Part shown: positions 48,726 to 59,258 of the stretch, piece by piece
How positions within the stretch are numbered: the stretch's first letter is position 1
Layout: each line of letters begins with the position of its first letter
Source of the DNA: Candidatus Moraniibacteriota bacterium
GTDB taxonomy: Bacteria > Patescibacteriota > Minisyncoccia > Moranbacterales > UBA2206
NCBI GenBank assembly: GCA_026396175.1
Contig: JAPLXG010000002.1
Span: forward strand, 25,490-89,489
Reading direction: 5' to 3'
DNA length: 64,000 nucleotides
Notes under the pieces: generated by a model
Seen by the model: the letters and a program-made list of their open reading frames with translations, nothing else
Database searches by the model: none
What the model was told of the DNA's origin: nothing
Program-made: the position numbers and the translations under genes

Positions 48726-49322
48726 TCAGAACTTGGATGAATCGGCAGCGATAACCGCCTTGAGTCTGGATGTATTGAGTATCAGCTGATTAGACTGATT
48801 CTTGACCGGAACGTAAATAATCATTCCAGACGTTGCCGAATAAACCACGGCTGTGTTAAAGGTGCCTGTAACCGTTTGCGCTATCTGGGAACCCGTCTCG
48901 GCATAATAAACATTCAGCTCTGTCACCAGAAGTGCATCCTTGACCGCAGCTAAAACTGCTGCGTCGCCAAAAACATAATAAGTAACTGGCGGTTGGACAG
49001 TTACATCCGCCGGATAAATCCATGGCGAAGGGTACCGTGTTTTTCCATCCGACCCCAATGTCGTGTTTGACTGGGTCATCGCCTCGGCCACTGCCCAACA
49101 GGGATTATCGAAATCTGGTACCAGTGTGCCATTGTATGGGTTAATTTGCTTTTCCCATACATTTTTACTGTTCAGATATAATTTGATGCCTATCGTCCCA
49201 TAAGCATAATTGTCCGACGTTAAGGGCACTATTTTGATGTCCTCATACTGTGCGAACACAGCTGAGGTCATCGCCATTACCAATAAAACAACCACGGCCA
49301 AAGTAAAAATGCTTTTTTTCAT
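48726..49322 (-). CDS. Secreted hypothetical protein
   Basis: AGGAGGAG SD, MKKSIF signal peptide ending in VFA; own TTGACA promoter candidate at about 49410-49438. Confidence 0.7.
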   Translation of the reverse strand: MKKSIFTLAVVVLLVMAMTSAVFAQYEDIKIVPLTSDNYAYGTIGIKLYLNSKNVWEKQINPYNGTLVPDFDNPCWAVAEAMTQSNTTLGSDGKTRYPSPWIYPADVTVQPPVTYYVFGDAAVLAAVKDALLVTELNVYYAETGSQIAQTVTGTFNTAVVYSATSGMIIYVPVKNQSNQLILNTSRLKAVIAADSSKF

Positions 49323-49522
49323 ACTCTCCGTCTCCTCCTTTTTGTGGTTAATTTTGGCCCGAAATCGAGCCTCTTTTTTTGACAAAAAACTGTCGAATCC
49401 GCGATAGGTCAACATAGCACGTATTTCCACTTTGTCAATAGCGTGGCAGGCTTTAGCGCTTGACAAGAATTCAAAAATGCGCTATGGTTAACAGTTAGCT
49501 AAATAACTATCTTAAAGCTTCT

Positions 49523-50182
49523 ATGAACAGACCAAACACCGAAAATTACCTCCAATACGCCTCAATCAGTATTGCACATAATTCCAATAAACTGGATTAT
49601 TTTGGCATTAGTTCAACTTCAACATTTTTGAAACGCGCAATTGATGTTGTGCTATCTTTCGCAATCTTGGCCTTCTCCGCTCCTTTTCTGGTAATTATTG
49701 CCATTGTCATAAAACTATCTCGCTATGGCACAATTATTTTTTCCCAAAAAAGAGTCGGTCAAAATGGAGAAATTTTCCGCCTCTATAAATTTCGCACACT
49801 TTATGATAACGCGGATCCTTATGCGATAACACCAACCAAAGACAGTGACCCAAGGATTACGCCAGTGGGAAAATTTTTGCGCGATACCGGGCTCGATGAA
49901 TTGCCACAACTCATTAATGTTCTCCGTGGTGAAATGAGCATCGTTGGGCCAAGACCGGAAATGGAATTTATTGTAAGAAATTATAGTCTTTTTGAAAAAA
50001 CTAGACTGCTCGTGAAACCCGGCGTCACCGGTCTTTGGCAACTTCACGCTGATCGCACAAAACCAATCCATGAAAATCTGGATTATGATTTGCACTACAT
50101 TGAAAACTATTCGCTCTTTTTGGATTTCACCCTTATAATGGAAACGGCATTATTCATACTGAAAAAAATTATCAAGTTCTAA
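49523..50182 (+). CDS. Priming sugar-phosphate transferase (Bac_transf)
   Basis: KRAID, KFRT, DPRIT..G.FLR..LDELPQL.NVL.GEMS.VGPRP. Confidence 0.95.
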   Translation: MNRPNTENYLQYASISIAHNSNKLDYFGISSTSTFLKRAIDVVLSFAILAFSAPFLVIIAIVIKLSRYGTIIFSQKRVGQNGEIFRLYKFRTLYDNADPYAITPTKDSDPRITPVGKFLRDTGLDELPQLINVLRGEMSIVGPRPEMEFIVRNYSLFEKTRLLVKPGVTGLWQLHADRTKPIHENLDYDLHYIENYSLFLDFTLIMETALFILKKIIKF

Positions 50183-50187
50183 ATCCG

Positions 50188-51405
50188 ATGAAAAAGTCTG
50201 TTTTATTTTTAGTTCAAAACCTGCCGGTTCCCCAGGATCGCCGCATTATGATGGAAGCGCGGGCACTTAAAGATAGTGGATACGCCGTGTCCATTATTTC
50301 GCCACGTAAACCGAAGCAAAAAAAATTTGAAATTCTGGAAGGAATTTACATATTCCGCTATTTAATGGCGCCCAAATCGCTCGGCTACCTCAACTATCTT
50401 TGGGAATATTTTTATTCTTTTACCCTGACTTTTTATCTTACCTGGAAAATTTTTCTCACGCGCGGATTTTCCGTCATCCATTCTGCCAACCCACCGGATT
50501 TCTTTTTCCTTATCGCGTTGTTTTTCAAACCGTTTGGGATCAAATTTGTCTATGACCAGCACGACCTGATGCCGGAAATGCTGCTTTGCCGTTTTGGAAA
50601 AACTAAAGACCACTGGCTCTATAAAATTTTACTTTTTATGGAACGGATGAACTACCGTCTGAGCGATATTCACCTCGCCACTTGTCAGTCTGGTCAGGAA
50701 AAGACACTTTCGCGCGTCAAAGTAGTCGCGAAAAATTTCATTGTTCGTTCCGCACCAGACCCAACTCAGATCAGCCCAGAACTAATTGACCCTGAGCTGA
50801 CTAAGAAAGTCCAAGCGAAATACCGCTATCTTTGCTCTTACTTGGGTGTGATGGGTCCGCAAGACGGTGTGGATAAACTCTTGCGTAGCATCCGTGTGAT
50901 CGTGCATGAATCAAAACGGACTGATATTGGATATGTCCTAATGGGCGATGGCGATGATTTTGACCGCTTGGTAAAAATGGCAAAGGACTATAAAATAGAA
51001 GATAATGTTATTTCCACCGGTTGGGCTGATGCCAAGACAATTTCCACCTATTTTTATGCCTCGCAAATTGGCCTGATGCCAGAACCAAAAAATGATTACA
51101 CAGACAATTCACTGCACAACAAAATTTTGGAATATATGTCCGCCGGCCTACCAGTCGTTTCCTATGATTTGAAAGAAGCACGAGTGACAGCGGGAAATGC
51201 TTCGCTATATGTGAAAAATAATAATGAAAAAGAGTTTGCTAAAACGATCATTGAACTGATTGATAATTCCACCTTGCGTCAAGCGATGACGACGGAAAGT
51301 AAAAAACGCGCCGGAAATTATCTCTTCACCCAAGCCTCATCGCAGAAAGAACTTCTGCGTGCGTATAATTCATTGTTCCTAATTAAAAGTCTTGATAAAA
51401 TTTGA
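50188..51405 (+). CDS. GT4 glycosyltransferase
   Basis: QNLPVPQDRR, NPPD, DQHDL, NKILEYM. Confidence 0.9.
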   Translation: MKKSVLFLVQNLPVPQDRRIMMEARALKDSGYAVSIISPRKPKQKKFEILEGIYIFRYLMAPKSLGYLNYLWEYFYSFTLTFYLTWKIFLTRGFSVIHSANPPDFFFLIALFFKPFGIKFVYDQHDLMPEMLLCRFGKTKDHWLYKILLFMERMNYRLSDIHLATCQSGQEKTLSRVKVVAKNFIVRSAPDPTQISPELIDPELTKKVQAKYRYLCSYLGVMGPQDGVDKLLRSIRVIVHESKRTDIGYVLMGDGDDFDRLVKMAKDYKIEDNVISTGWADAKTISTYFYASQIGLMPEPKNDYTDNSLHNKILEYMSAGLPVVSYDLKEARVTAGNASLYVKNNNEKEFAKTIIELIDNSTLRQAMTTESKKRAGNYLFTQASSQKELLRAYNSLFLIKSLDKI

Positions 51406-51425
51406 AAAATAGCCAGTTACAGGTT

Positions 51426-51514
51426 ACAGGAACGGGTTTAAAACCCGTTTCGCATAGTTTGCTAACTTACAAGGTCTGTAAACTAAAAGGAGCGGGTTAC
51501 AAACCCGCTCCTGC
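51426..51514. repeat. REP doublet related to the RAYT-flanking REPs
   Basis: GGAGCGGGTT-ac-AAACCCGCTCCTGC; the ~50-nt spacer recurs at 52689-52738. Confidence 0.75.
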
Positions 51515-51653
51515 AAGAAGATAACTAAATGCTCAAATAAATGCGTTTTAAAACTAAAAATTTATTAATTTAGATTTGAATTAAAATTTAGAATTTCAAA
51601 TTTAAAATTCAAGAGCTGTTTTTTTAAAGAATGCGAGATGTAATAATAATCAT

Positions 51654-52667
51654 ATGTTAAAAAAGGCCTTTATTATCTGGGTTCAAGAAGTCAAACTGAG
51701 CGAATTTCTCGCTCGGGAAATTGACGCCAAAATTATCATCTCTTGCAAAAAATACTGGGGCCGTTTTGCTATTCCTATAATTTTTCGCTATATCATTCAG
51801 GGTTTTGATACCTATCGAAAATTACGCCAAATTCGACCACAAATCATCTTTGTCCAGAACCCACCCATCACGGCAGTTTTGGTGGTTTATTTTTATGCTA
51901 AATTAAATTCCGCGAAGTATATCATCGACACGCACACGGCCGGCTTTATCGATCGCAAGTGGATCTTTTTTCATCCACTCCACAAATTCCTCGCCAAGCG
52001 CGCTATCTGGAACACCGCACATAACTACAAAAATTTGGAAATCTTGAAGAGCTGGGGCATTGAGAAAAGTTCTGTTTTGCAATTCTACACTCCAACTAAA
52101 AAAGAAGTCTTGAAAGAAAACGTGAAGCTATCTTCCGAATTGGAAGATAAGTTGAACAAGCGTGCCGGCCTTAAAGTTTTTATGGTCAACCGCTTCGCCG
52201 GCGATGATGCTTGGCAAGAAGTCGCCGAGACCGCCAAACTTCTGCCCCAAGCAATTTTTTTCCTCACCGGCAATGACAAAAAAATTAGTCCTAGCGTCAA
52301 AAGCACTTTTCCGGAAAATGTCATTCTCACCGGTTATCTTAGACACCCGGAGTTTATGACGTTAATGGAACGTTCGGATGTCATTCTGGCCCTCACCAAA
52401 CGGCGCGACACAGTCCTCTGGTCAATCCGCGAAATTATGGCACTGCGAAAACCATTTGTCACAACCGACTCTGATGCCATTCGTCATTACTTTTCCGACG
52501 TCGCCCTGTTTACCAATCATAATCCGAAAGACATGGCAGCTAAAATCCAACTCGCCATAAAAAACCAAGCTGAGCTGAAAGAAAAAATTGAGCTATTCCT
52601 AGAAAAAGATGCGATTCGCTGGAAAAATGATATACTATTCATAGATAAAATTATCGCAAACGATTAG
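51654..52667 (+). CDS. GT-B glycosyltransferase
   Basis: VQNPP, IDTH, LTGYL, KPFVTTD. Confidence 0.8.
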   Translation: MLKKAFIIWVQEVKLSEFLAREIDAKIIISCKKYWGRFAIPIIFRYIIQGFDTYRKLRQIRPQIIFVQNPPITAVLVVYFYAKLNSAKYIIDTHTAGFIDRKWIFFHPLHKFLAKRAIWNTAHNYKNLEILKSWGIEKSSVLQFYTPTKKEVLKENVKLSSELEDKLNKRAGLKVFMVNRFAGDDAWQEVAETAKLLPQAIFFLTGNDKKISPSVKSTFPENVILTGYLRHPEFMTLMERSDVILALTKRRDTVLWSIREIMALRKPFVTTDSDAIRHYFSDVALFTNHNPKDMAAKIQLAIKNQAELKEKIELFLEKDAIRWKNDILFIDKIIAND

Positions 52668-52815
52668 GCAGCCTGCCGGTAGGCAGGTAACCCGTTTCGC
52701 ATAGTTTACTAATTTGCAAAGTCTGTAAGCCCAAAGGGCCCCCGCCTGGAGGGGGCTCCTGCGATGAAAAACATTTGTATATTTGTAAATTTGTATTAAT
52801 TTGTAATTTGTAGTG

Positions 52816-54042
52816 ATGCCAAAGATTCTATTTTTATCTGAAATGCCAATTACCAATGGGGTCATTCAAGCCCAGCTTTTGCCTGTGCTTCTGGAAAGCG
52901 CTCGCCTCGGATATGCGACCGAAGTCCTGGAAACTACTGGCCGGTTTGACGCCCAAGAAAAATACCGCCCAGAAATGGAAAAAAAACTGACCGAGACGGG
53001 AATAGTTTTGCGAAAAATCAATGTCCCCCGTTTCACTTTTTTGCCTTCTATTTTATATTTTTCTTTGCAGTCACACGGTCTTTTGAAAAAACAGCTCGCG
53101 ACATCCGCCTTAGAACCTACGATTATTTATGCGAGAAATTATAAATTTATCCCCTTTCTCCTTTGGGCCAATTATTTTTGGCACATTCCTTTCATCTATA
53201 GCCCCCGTGGTGCCTATGTGGCCGAGCGGAAACATTACCGTAAAATCAAAGATCTGGCTTATGGTTATTTCATCGGTCTTCTGGAAAAACACGCTACTCA
53301 AAAAAGTTTTGCCACGATCGTGGAAACGGAACAGTTCAAAAAACATCTAGCAGGATTGTACCAGATTGATGGAAAAAATATCACCGTCATCCCTAATTAT
53401 TGGGACGCGTCGCTTCTTCCTGAAAAAAACTGGGACCGCGATGAAATGCGTGAAAAGCTCGGACTTTCCGGGAAGAAAATAATTGTCTATACTGGAACAG
53501 TAGAGGCTTGGTATGCTTTTGAAAAAATGGTTGCGCTCGTGGCGCAGCTGCGAAAAAAAGACCCGACCATCTTTTTCCAACTATTCCTAAAAGAGGATTA
53601 CGCCCGCACCGAGTCGCTGAAAATTATGCAGGCATTACCGGAAATTTTTGAAAAATACGGACTGGGAAAAGATGCTTATGCCATTTCATCCTATCCTCCC
53701 GCCGAGCGCTATTTCTATCTTTCGGCCTGTGACGCCAGCATCTGCCTTACGACCACCGCTGAGTTCAAAACAATGATGCTCTATCTTAAAATAGTCGATT
53801 TTTGGGGAGCCGGACTGCCAGTGATCGCCAATAAAGAAATCGCTGCCGTTAGAAATGTGATTGAAAATTCCAACACGGGCGCGGTGGTTGATTATGCCGA
53901 TTGGGAAGAGTCTGTAGCAAAAATTGATCCGGAAAAACTTTTCAAAAAATCCGCCACCTATTCTCAAGAAATTGAAAAATATTCCTCAGAAAAAGTTTTG
54001 CCGCTCTATTTTAATTTATTCGAAAAAAGCTTTCAGGAATAA
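52816..54042 (+). CDS. GT4-like glycosyltransferase
   Basis: VYTGT..WY, KIVDFWGAGLPVI. Confidence 0.8.
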   Translation: MPKILFLSEMPITNGVIQAQLLPVLLESARLGYATEVLETTGRFDAQEKYRPEMEKKLTETGIVLRKINVPRFTFLPSILYFSLQSHGLLKKQLATSALEPTIIYARNYKFIPFLLWANYFWHIPFIYSPRGAYVAERKHYRKIKDLAYGYFIGLLEKHATQKSFATIVETEQFKKHLAGLYQIDGKNITVIPNYWDASLLPEKNWDRDEMREKLGLSGKKIIVYTGTVEAWYAFEKMVALVAQLRKKDPTIFFQLFLKEDYARTESLKIMQALPEIFEKYGLGKDAYAISSYPPAERYFYLSACDASICLTTTAEFKTMMLYLKIVDFWGAGLPVIANKEIAAVRNVIENSNTGAVVDYADWEESVAKIDPEKLFKKSATYSQEIEKYSSEKVLPLYFNLFEKSFQE

Positions 54043-54043
54043 T

Positions 54044-55507
54044 ATGCCAATCATACCAAGTAAAATTTCAAATCCCCAGAAGAATTCCCGGCTCTATGCG
54101 TACGTGCTAATTTTCGCCGTCATTTTTTTTCTCACCGGCATTCTCTTCGGACAACTGGCTGGCAATATCCGCTTGGTAATGGGCGCTTTCATTTTTATGT
54201 TTCTTTCCGCCTTGGCTTTTTGGGATATGAAAAAAGTGCTTTGGACGATTCTCTTTTTTCTTCCACTAATTTTCGGACTAAGTAACTACCAAATTAATAT
54301 CAGTTCCTTTTTTCAGGGCATCGTCAATATCAATGATCTATACGCTAATCCGTTCTCTTTGACTTGTCTTTTCCTAATTTTCCTGGCTACTATCGAACTC
54401 ATTAGGCGTGGCAAGAAAATGACCAAAATCCCGCTTTTTTTCATCCTCCTACTCTCAGCCCTTTTGAGTGTGATAGTTCTTCTGCCCTCCAGATATCTTA
54501 CCAGCGGACTGGTTTTTGAAGTCTATCTGTTGGCCGGATTTTCCGTCTATTTCTTGAGCTATCTATTTCTAGGTTCCAAGGAGAACTATCTCAAAACAAT
54601 TTTTGTGATTATTTTTTCTGCCATAATTCCGGCCGGAGTGGGAATCTTCCAGTTTCTGACCGGCAACTATTTTTTCGAAAATGATTCAGATTTGGGCAGA
54701 ATTGCTGCTACATTCCCCCATCCCAATACTTTCGGCTCTTTTCTTTTTGTCGTCCTAGCACTATTCCTCATCACCTTCTTCGCCATAAAACTAGAAAACA
54801 AACTGACTAACTTCTCAAAGCTCATAATCTATTTTTTCGCGGCCATCTTGGGTCTACTGCTTATCCTCACCTATTCCCGCACCGCCTGGTCCGGTCTTTT
54901 GGTTGCAGTCCTCGCAATTTTTATTCTGAAACCGCGATTCAGACTGCTGATGACTTATTGCGGATTACTCCTAGCTGGGGCGGTGATGCTTTTTGAAAAA
55001 ACTCGAGAAAGAATTTTGGGAATTTTTGAGCATCATATGTTCGATTCAATGTATGGTCGCTATGAAATTTGGGATATGGCGCTTTATCGCTCCTGGAAAA
55101 AACCTTTCATCGGCTATGGCATCGGGTCGTTCAGCGAAATGATCAAAGACACCCAGGGCAAGGCTACTGGTAATGTTTATCCCCACAACGACCTCATCCG
55201 CTTCTTTTTGGAAGGCGGGATTTTGGGCGTCACGCTTTATCTGCTCTATCTGATCGGAGCGCTTTATTATTCCACCAAAAGCTTTTTGCACTACCCCGAG
55301 ACTAGCGAAAAAATCAGTTTTTGGGGAAAACGCTTTGATGTCGAACTGAAAACTTTAGGTGTCATCCCACTGGTCCTTTTTGGATCAACAATCGTCATAT
55401 CTATGGTCGAATCACCCTCGATGGACTTCACCTTTCAACTTCTCAGTTGGGTGCTTCTCGGCAGTTGGCTGGGAGCCAGCCGAGAATATTGGCAGAAAAA
55501 ATCATAA
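54044..55507 (+). CDS. O-antigen ligase/polymerase family protein
   Basis: RIAATFPHPN, TYSRTAW, GYGIG, PHND; start at ATG 54044. Confidence 0.88.
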   Translation: MPIIPSKISNPQKNSRLYAYVLIFAVIFFLTGILFGQLAGNIRLVMGAFIFMFLSALAFWDMKKVLWTILFFLPLIFGLSNYQINISSFFQGIVNINDLYANPFSLTCLFLIFLATIELIRRGKKMTKIPLFFILLLSALLSVIVLLPSRYLTSGLVFEVYLLAGFSVYFLSYLFLGSKENYLKTIFVIIFSAIIPAGVGIFQFLTGNYFFENDSDLGRIAATFPHPNTFGSFLFVVLALFLITFFAIKLENKLTNFSKLIIYFFAAILGLLLILTYSRTAWSGLLVAVLAIFILKPRFRLLMTYCGLLLAGAVMLFEKTRERILGIFEHHMFDSMYGRYEIWDMALYRSWKKPFIGYGIGSFSEMIKDTQGKATGNVYPHNDLIRFFLEGGILGVTLYLLYLIGALYYSTKSFLHYPETSEKISFWGKRFDVELKTLGVIPLVLFGSTIVISMVESPSMDFTFQLLSWVLLGSWLGASREYWQKKS

Positions 55508-55518
55508 ACAAAAGTTAT

Positions 55519-55657
55519 TGTCATCCTGAGCGTAGCCGAAGGATCTGCTCACGGTAATCGCGGGTTTTACCATAAATCGCTAGGTTAATGATAATGATTA
55601 GCAGATCCTTCGACTGCATAAATTTTCTAGCGAAAATTTATTCCGCTCAGGATGACA
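55519..55657 (-). repeat. Family A element, copy 4 (reverse orientation)
   Basis: Same terminal IR; internal hairpin lies in the right arm. Confidence 0.9.
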
Positions 55658-55693
55658 ATATTTTATAAATTCTAAAAAATTAACCAAATCATT

Positions 55694-56626
55694 ATGGATC
55701 AAGATCTAAAACTAAGCTCCCCTGAAAAAAAAGACTACGACAAAATCGCGATGTGGCTTTTGAACTTGGAATGCAATTTCAAGTGCCCCTATTGCTTTTT
55801 CGATGACTCCCAGCGCAGTCTCAAAACAAGAGTCGCTGACTGGCTCCGGGGTAAGGTTCCTGCCATCAATCCCTACAAAACTCGCTTTATCACGCCAGAA
55901 AAAATCGGCCAGTTTTTTGATGATACCGAAAAGAAATGGTGGGTCGTAATTTCCGGCGGCGAGCCATTTGTATATCCACGCTTTGTGGAAATTGTGAAGC
56001 GCTTGTCGCAAAAGCATATGGTCACGATTGGCACGAACCTCGGCCTTTCCATTGATAAGTTTATTGAGGAAGTCAGCCCGGAAAACATTTGGTCATTCTA
56101 TGTTTCAATGCATCTGGCCGAACGAGAACGCCAAGGACTAACTGTCGACGATCTCTTGGAAAAAGTAAAACGCCTGCGTGATGCCGGTTTTCGCGTGGAA
56201 ATTAATTATGTGATGTATCCACCAGACATCAAACGCTTTCCCGCTATTTTTGAACAATTCAAAAAAGAAGGCTTCATCCTGGAAGCCCGCGCTTTCCGCG
56301 GAACTTACGAGGGAAAAATCTATCCCAAAGCCTACGACGAGGAAGAAAGAAAAATCTTTCAGGATTATATCCCCTCCGAGGTTGACCGCGTCGCCAGTTT
56401 TGAAAGCCTTTCTTTTATGGACGTCCCCTGCACCGCCGGAAAAAATCTCATCCGCATCCGCCCCGACGGATCAATCACCCGTTGTCCTCACGACAGAGAA
56501 AACTTGGGCAATATGTTTGAAAAAAAACTAAACCTCCACGAAAAAGTAAAACCTTGCGCTGTGCCTTATTGCAAATGCACCCTCGCCATCAAAGAGGGGT
56601 GTGTGGATTTTGGGAAGAGGAAATAA
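55694..56626 (+). CDS. Radical SAM protein with SPASM/Twitch-like C-terminus
   Basis: CNFKCPYC, SGGEP, C-AG..I-PDG-I-RC. Confidence 0.9.
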   Translation: MDQDLKLSSPEKKDYDKIAMWLLNLECNFKCPYCFFDDSQRSLKTRVADWLRGKVPAINPYKTRFITPEKIGQFFDDTEKKWWVVISGGEPFVYPRFVEIVKRLSQKHMVTIGTNLGLSIDKFIEEVSPENIWSFYVSMHLAERERQGLTVDDLLEKVKRLRDAGFRVEINYVMYPPDIKRFPAIFEQFKKEGFILEARAFRGTYEGKIYPKAYDEEERKIFQDYIPSEVDRVASFESLSFMDVPCTAGKNLIRIRPDGSITRCPHDRENLGNMFEKKLNLHEKVKPCAVPYCKCTLAIKEGCVDFGKRK

Positions 56627-56634
56627 TATGTATC

Positions 56635-57498
56635 GCAGGAGCCCCGCCCAGGCGGGGCTCCTCCCGTTCGCAATCTAACTGCAATATATAAGCCGCTCCC
56701 AATCCGTTTCACCTGAAAACCACTAGGAGCAAGGTGCAACCTTGCTCCTGCCCTAGGGAGTTGCAGGAGCATAGTTGCACTATGCTCCTCCCATTTAACA
56801 ATCAAAATAAAAAAAAATGCCCTCCATAAGAGTACCGAAGCAATTCAATACCTCTGTCTATTTCTTAACTTTCAGTATAAAAAATCTATACTACCTTTTC
56901 GACCGCCAATACCGTTGGAATATCTTGACCGATTCTTTGAAATATTGCCAAACCAAAAAAGGCTTGAAAATTTTTGGTTTTGTTTTTATGCTCAATCACA
57001 TTCACCTGATCATCTTTTCGAATGATATCGCCGGATTTATACGCGACTTCAAAAGATTTACCGCTAAAAAATTACATGAAAATATCCAATCAACTGAACC
57101 GAATGTTTTGGGATTATTTTCAGATGAGAGCGGAACTTATGAATTTTGGGCAAAAACCAATATGCCTAAACTAATTGAAACTCAAGATTTTTTTGAACAA
57201 AAAATGCAATATATTCACAATAATCCGGTCAAGAAAAACTACGTGATGCGACCAGAAGATTGGTATTGGTCATCGGCTAACCCATCTTGTGAGTTAAGAG
57301 TTGATGATATTTATGGCTTATAAAACACAAGGAGCATAGTGCAACTATGCTCCTGCCAAAAAGGTTGCGGGAGCAGGGTTGCATTAAGATTGCAGGAGCA
57401 GGGTTGTACCCTGCTCCTTTCAATTTACAAGACTAATATTATCAAGTAGCCATGAAGGTTAATAAAATATAAGAAGTCTAGTACAACTATGCTCCTGC
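56635..57498 (+). mobile_element. REPtron: RAYT gene flanked by GCAG-GAGC...GCTCC REPs
   Basis: REPs at 56635-56662, 56725-56751, 56763-56789, 57330-57356, 57392-57418; half copies at about 57367 and 57479. Confidence 0.85.
56817..57323 (+). CDS. REP-associated tyrosine transposase (RAYT)
   Basis: YFLTF, FVFMLNHIHLI (HUH), RDFK, YIHNNPV, WYWSSA. Confidence 0.92.
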   Translation: MPSIRVPKQFNTSVYFLTFSIKNLYYLFDRQYRWNILTDSLKYCQTKKGLKIFGFVFMLNHIHLIIFSNDIAGFIRDFKRFTAKKLHENIQSTEPNVLGLFSDESGTYEFWAKTNMPKLIETQDFFEQKMQYIHNNPVKKNYVMRPEDWYWSSANPSCELRVDDIYGL

Positions 57499-57633
57499 CA
57501 TATAGAAAAATTTGTAAATATAAAAACAGGTTTAAATCCTGTTTTTTGCTTTCTGAAAATAAAACAACCCCAACTCTCTTGGCAACTAACGCATTACTGC
57601 GTCTTTTGCACTTGAGAATCAGGGTTCTGAAAC

Positions 57634-57960
57634 CTAAAACAGATCGAACCATTTTTGCCGCCTCCCTCGGCTTGGCTCAGTCCACGGACACTCTTCGATT
57701 GCCGCTTCGATTTCTTCAATAGTCGGCTGGCGAAGATCGGGTAAATAAAGAAAAGATTTTGCCTCGGACTCTGTAGAAAAAAATATCTTATAAGCGATTT
57801 CTCCATTGTCCCGCTCATGAATCTGAGCAGCTCTGCCTTTCCCGGGCACTTTCCAAAATAATATTTCCCATTTACCCTCAAACCCCACGCTTTCCCGCGG
57901 AGTCATTTGGCCTTTGGGCGGATCACCCTTCCATTCACCACACTTTCCGATTTTTTTCAT
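57634..57960 (-). CDS. Hypothetical protein
   Basis: GGGGG SD before MKKIGKCGEWK; 108 aa. Confidence 0.55.
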   Translation of the reverse strand: MKKIGKCGEWKGDPPKGQMTPRESVGFEGKWEILFWKVPGKGRAAQIHERDNGEIAYKIFFSTESEAKSFLYLPDLRQPTIEEIEAAIEECPWTEPSRGRRQKWFDLF

Positions 57961-58068
57961 ATCAACCCCCCACGAAATAAAACAACCCCCGATTCTCTTT
58001 GTGATATTCATCACTCAAGAACCGAGGGGTTGGCTTGCCTCCGCTGAAGTTCAGCATCGGCAAACCGA

Positions 58069-58821
58069 TTAATGTTCGCAGACATAGCAGTCGCTTTGCC
58101 CGCAATTCGGAGAAATGTTCTTATTCCGAAGCTCACGGGCTCCTGCGTACGCATGATTGATACGGGCGGAAATGTCCTTCACGCCGTCCCAGTTTGTTAC
58201 CACAACTTGTATCTCTGATCCTCCCTTTTTGTTGTTGTGGATTTTGGATTGGATTTTGGTGCCCTTGACCTGGTCATTCCAGCCATAGATTAGGGCAAAC
58301 TCACCCAGGGTGGATTCGCCGGTCTTGTGCCAATTGGGATTCTTCGACCGGTTTCCACAGGGAGGATCGGTGCAGGGCAGAGATGTCGGCTTGACATAAC
58401 CGCCGCCCTTGCCGTTCAGCTGTCCAACATTGGCGACATTGATATTCGCCATTTCGATGTTGGCCGTCTGAATGTTTGCCGTTTCGATCTCGGCCAAACG
58501 CACTTTAAGCGTGTCCACCTCAGCCTGCTTCATACAGGCATACTCGAAGTGTGCCTTCTCGAACTCGGCCATTTGGACCTTGAGGTTTCTGACCTCGACA
58601 TCCTTAATCTTGGCTTTTCGAATAAGGGCTTTTCTGATTTTTGCCAGCTCGATTTCGGCTTTTTGAATCTCGGCCTTATCGATTTTAGCATCCTTCACGA
58701 TGAGAGTATTGACCCGCATCGTGTCTGTATTGGTTTCCGTATTTCCATCCGCCCACACCAACGAAAAGGTGCAGGACACAATTGCCACCAAAACAACTAC
58801 CAAAAATTTTAAGCTTTTCAT
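58069..58821 (-). CDS. Secreted protein with x-I-x-x-A pentad repeats
   Basis: GAGGAGG SD, signal peptide, about 19 pentads (KIDKA EIQKA EIELA...), Cys-containing C-terminus. Confidence 0.75.
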   Translation of the reverse strand: MKSLKFLVVVLVAIVSCTFSLVWADGNTETNTDTMRVNTLIVKDAKIDKAEIQKAEIELAKIRKALIRKAKIKDVEVRNLKVQMAEFEKAHFEYACMKQAEVDTLKVRLAEIETANIQTANIEMANINVANVGQLNGKGGGYVKPTSLPCTDPPCGNRSKNPNWHKTGESTLGEFALIYGWNDQVKGTKIQSKIHNNKKGGSEIQVVVTNWDGVKDISARINHAYAGARELRNKNISPNCGQSDCYVCEH

Positions 58822-58850
58822 GGACAGGTCCTCCTCATTTTTTTAAGTTT

Positions 58851-59258
58851 TCAATCATTACCGTTCAACCAGGCCTCATCGGCCTGATCAGATCCATCTT
58901 CGCCGTTAAGCCAAGCCTCATCTTCCGCATCTTCATCAGATGCATTCCGCTTGACTGGTTCGATTTTTTTCAAGTCAACATCTTTTACCACCGGAAGTTG
59001 CACTTCCGGTCCAGTTTTTTTCTGGCTATCAATGGTGGCGGCCGGTTTTGGCAACGCTGTTGACAATGACGTCGTTCTCACTTCCGTCGAGCGGCCCCCA
59101 GCTCTTTCTGCCTTGTGTGCTGCAAGAAGCAGATAGCCAATAAAAAGTAACACAACGGCCACCGCAATAATTACCGGTAACCACCTCTGCCAAAAAGACT
59201 TTTTGGTTGCATATACTGCATCCACCACATCCGGATCCGTATTTACAGGATCTGCCAT
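58851..59258 (-). CDS. Single-TM hypothetical protein with acidic tail
   Basis: AGGAGG SD; TM helix; DEAWLNG repeated twice. Confidence 0.7.
   Translation of the reverse strand: MADPVNTDPDVVDAVYATKKSFWQRWLPVIIAVAVVLLFIGYLLLAAHKAERAGGRSTEVRTTSLSTALPKPAATIDSQKKTGPEVQLPVVKDVDLKKIEPVKRNASDEDAEDEAWLNGEDGSDQADEAWLNGND

Noticed and set aside
56635-57498. CRISPR-like or guide-RNA array
   Set aside because: Repeats alternate in orientation, vary in stem and spacing, and flank a RAYT gene; they are REPs. No cas genes are present.
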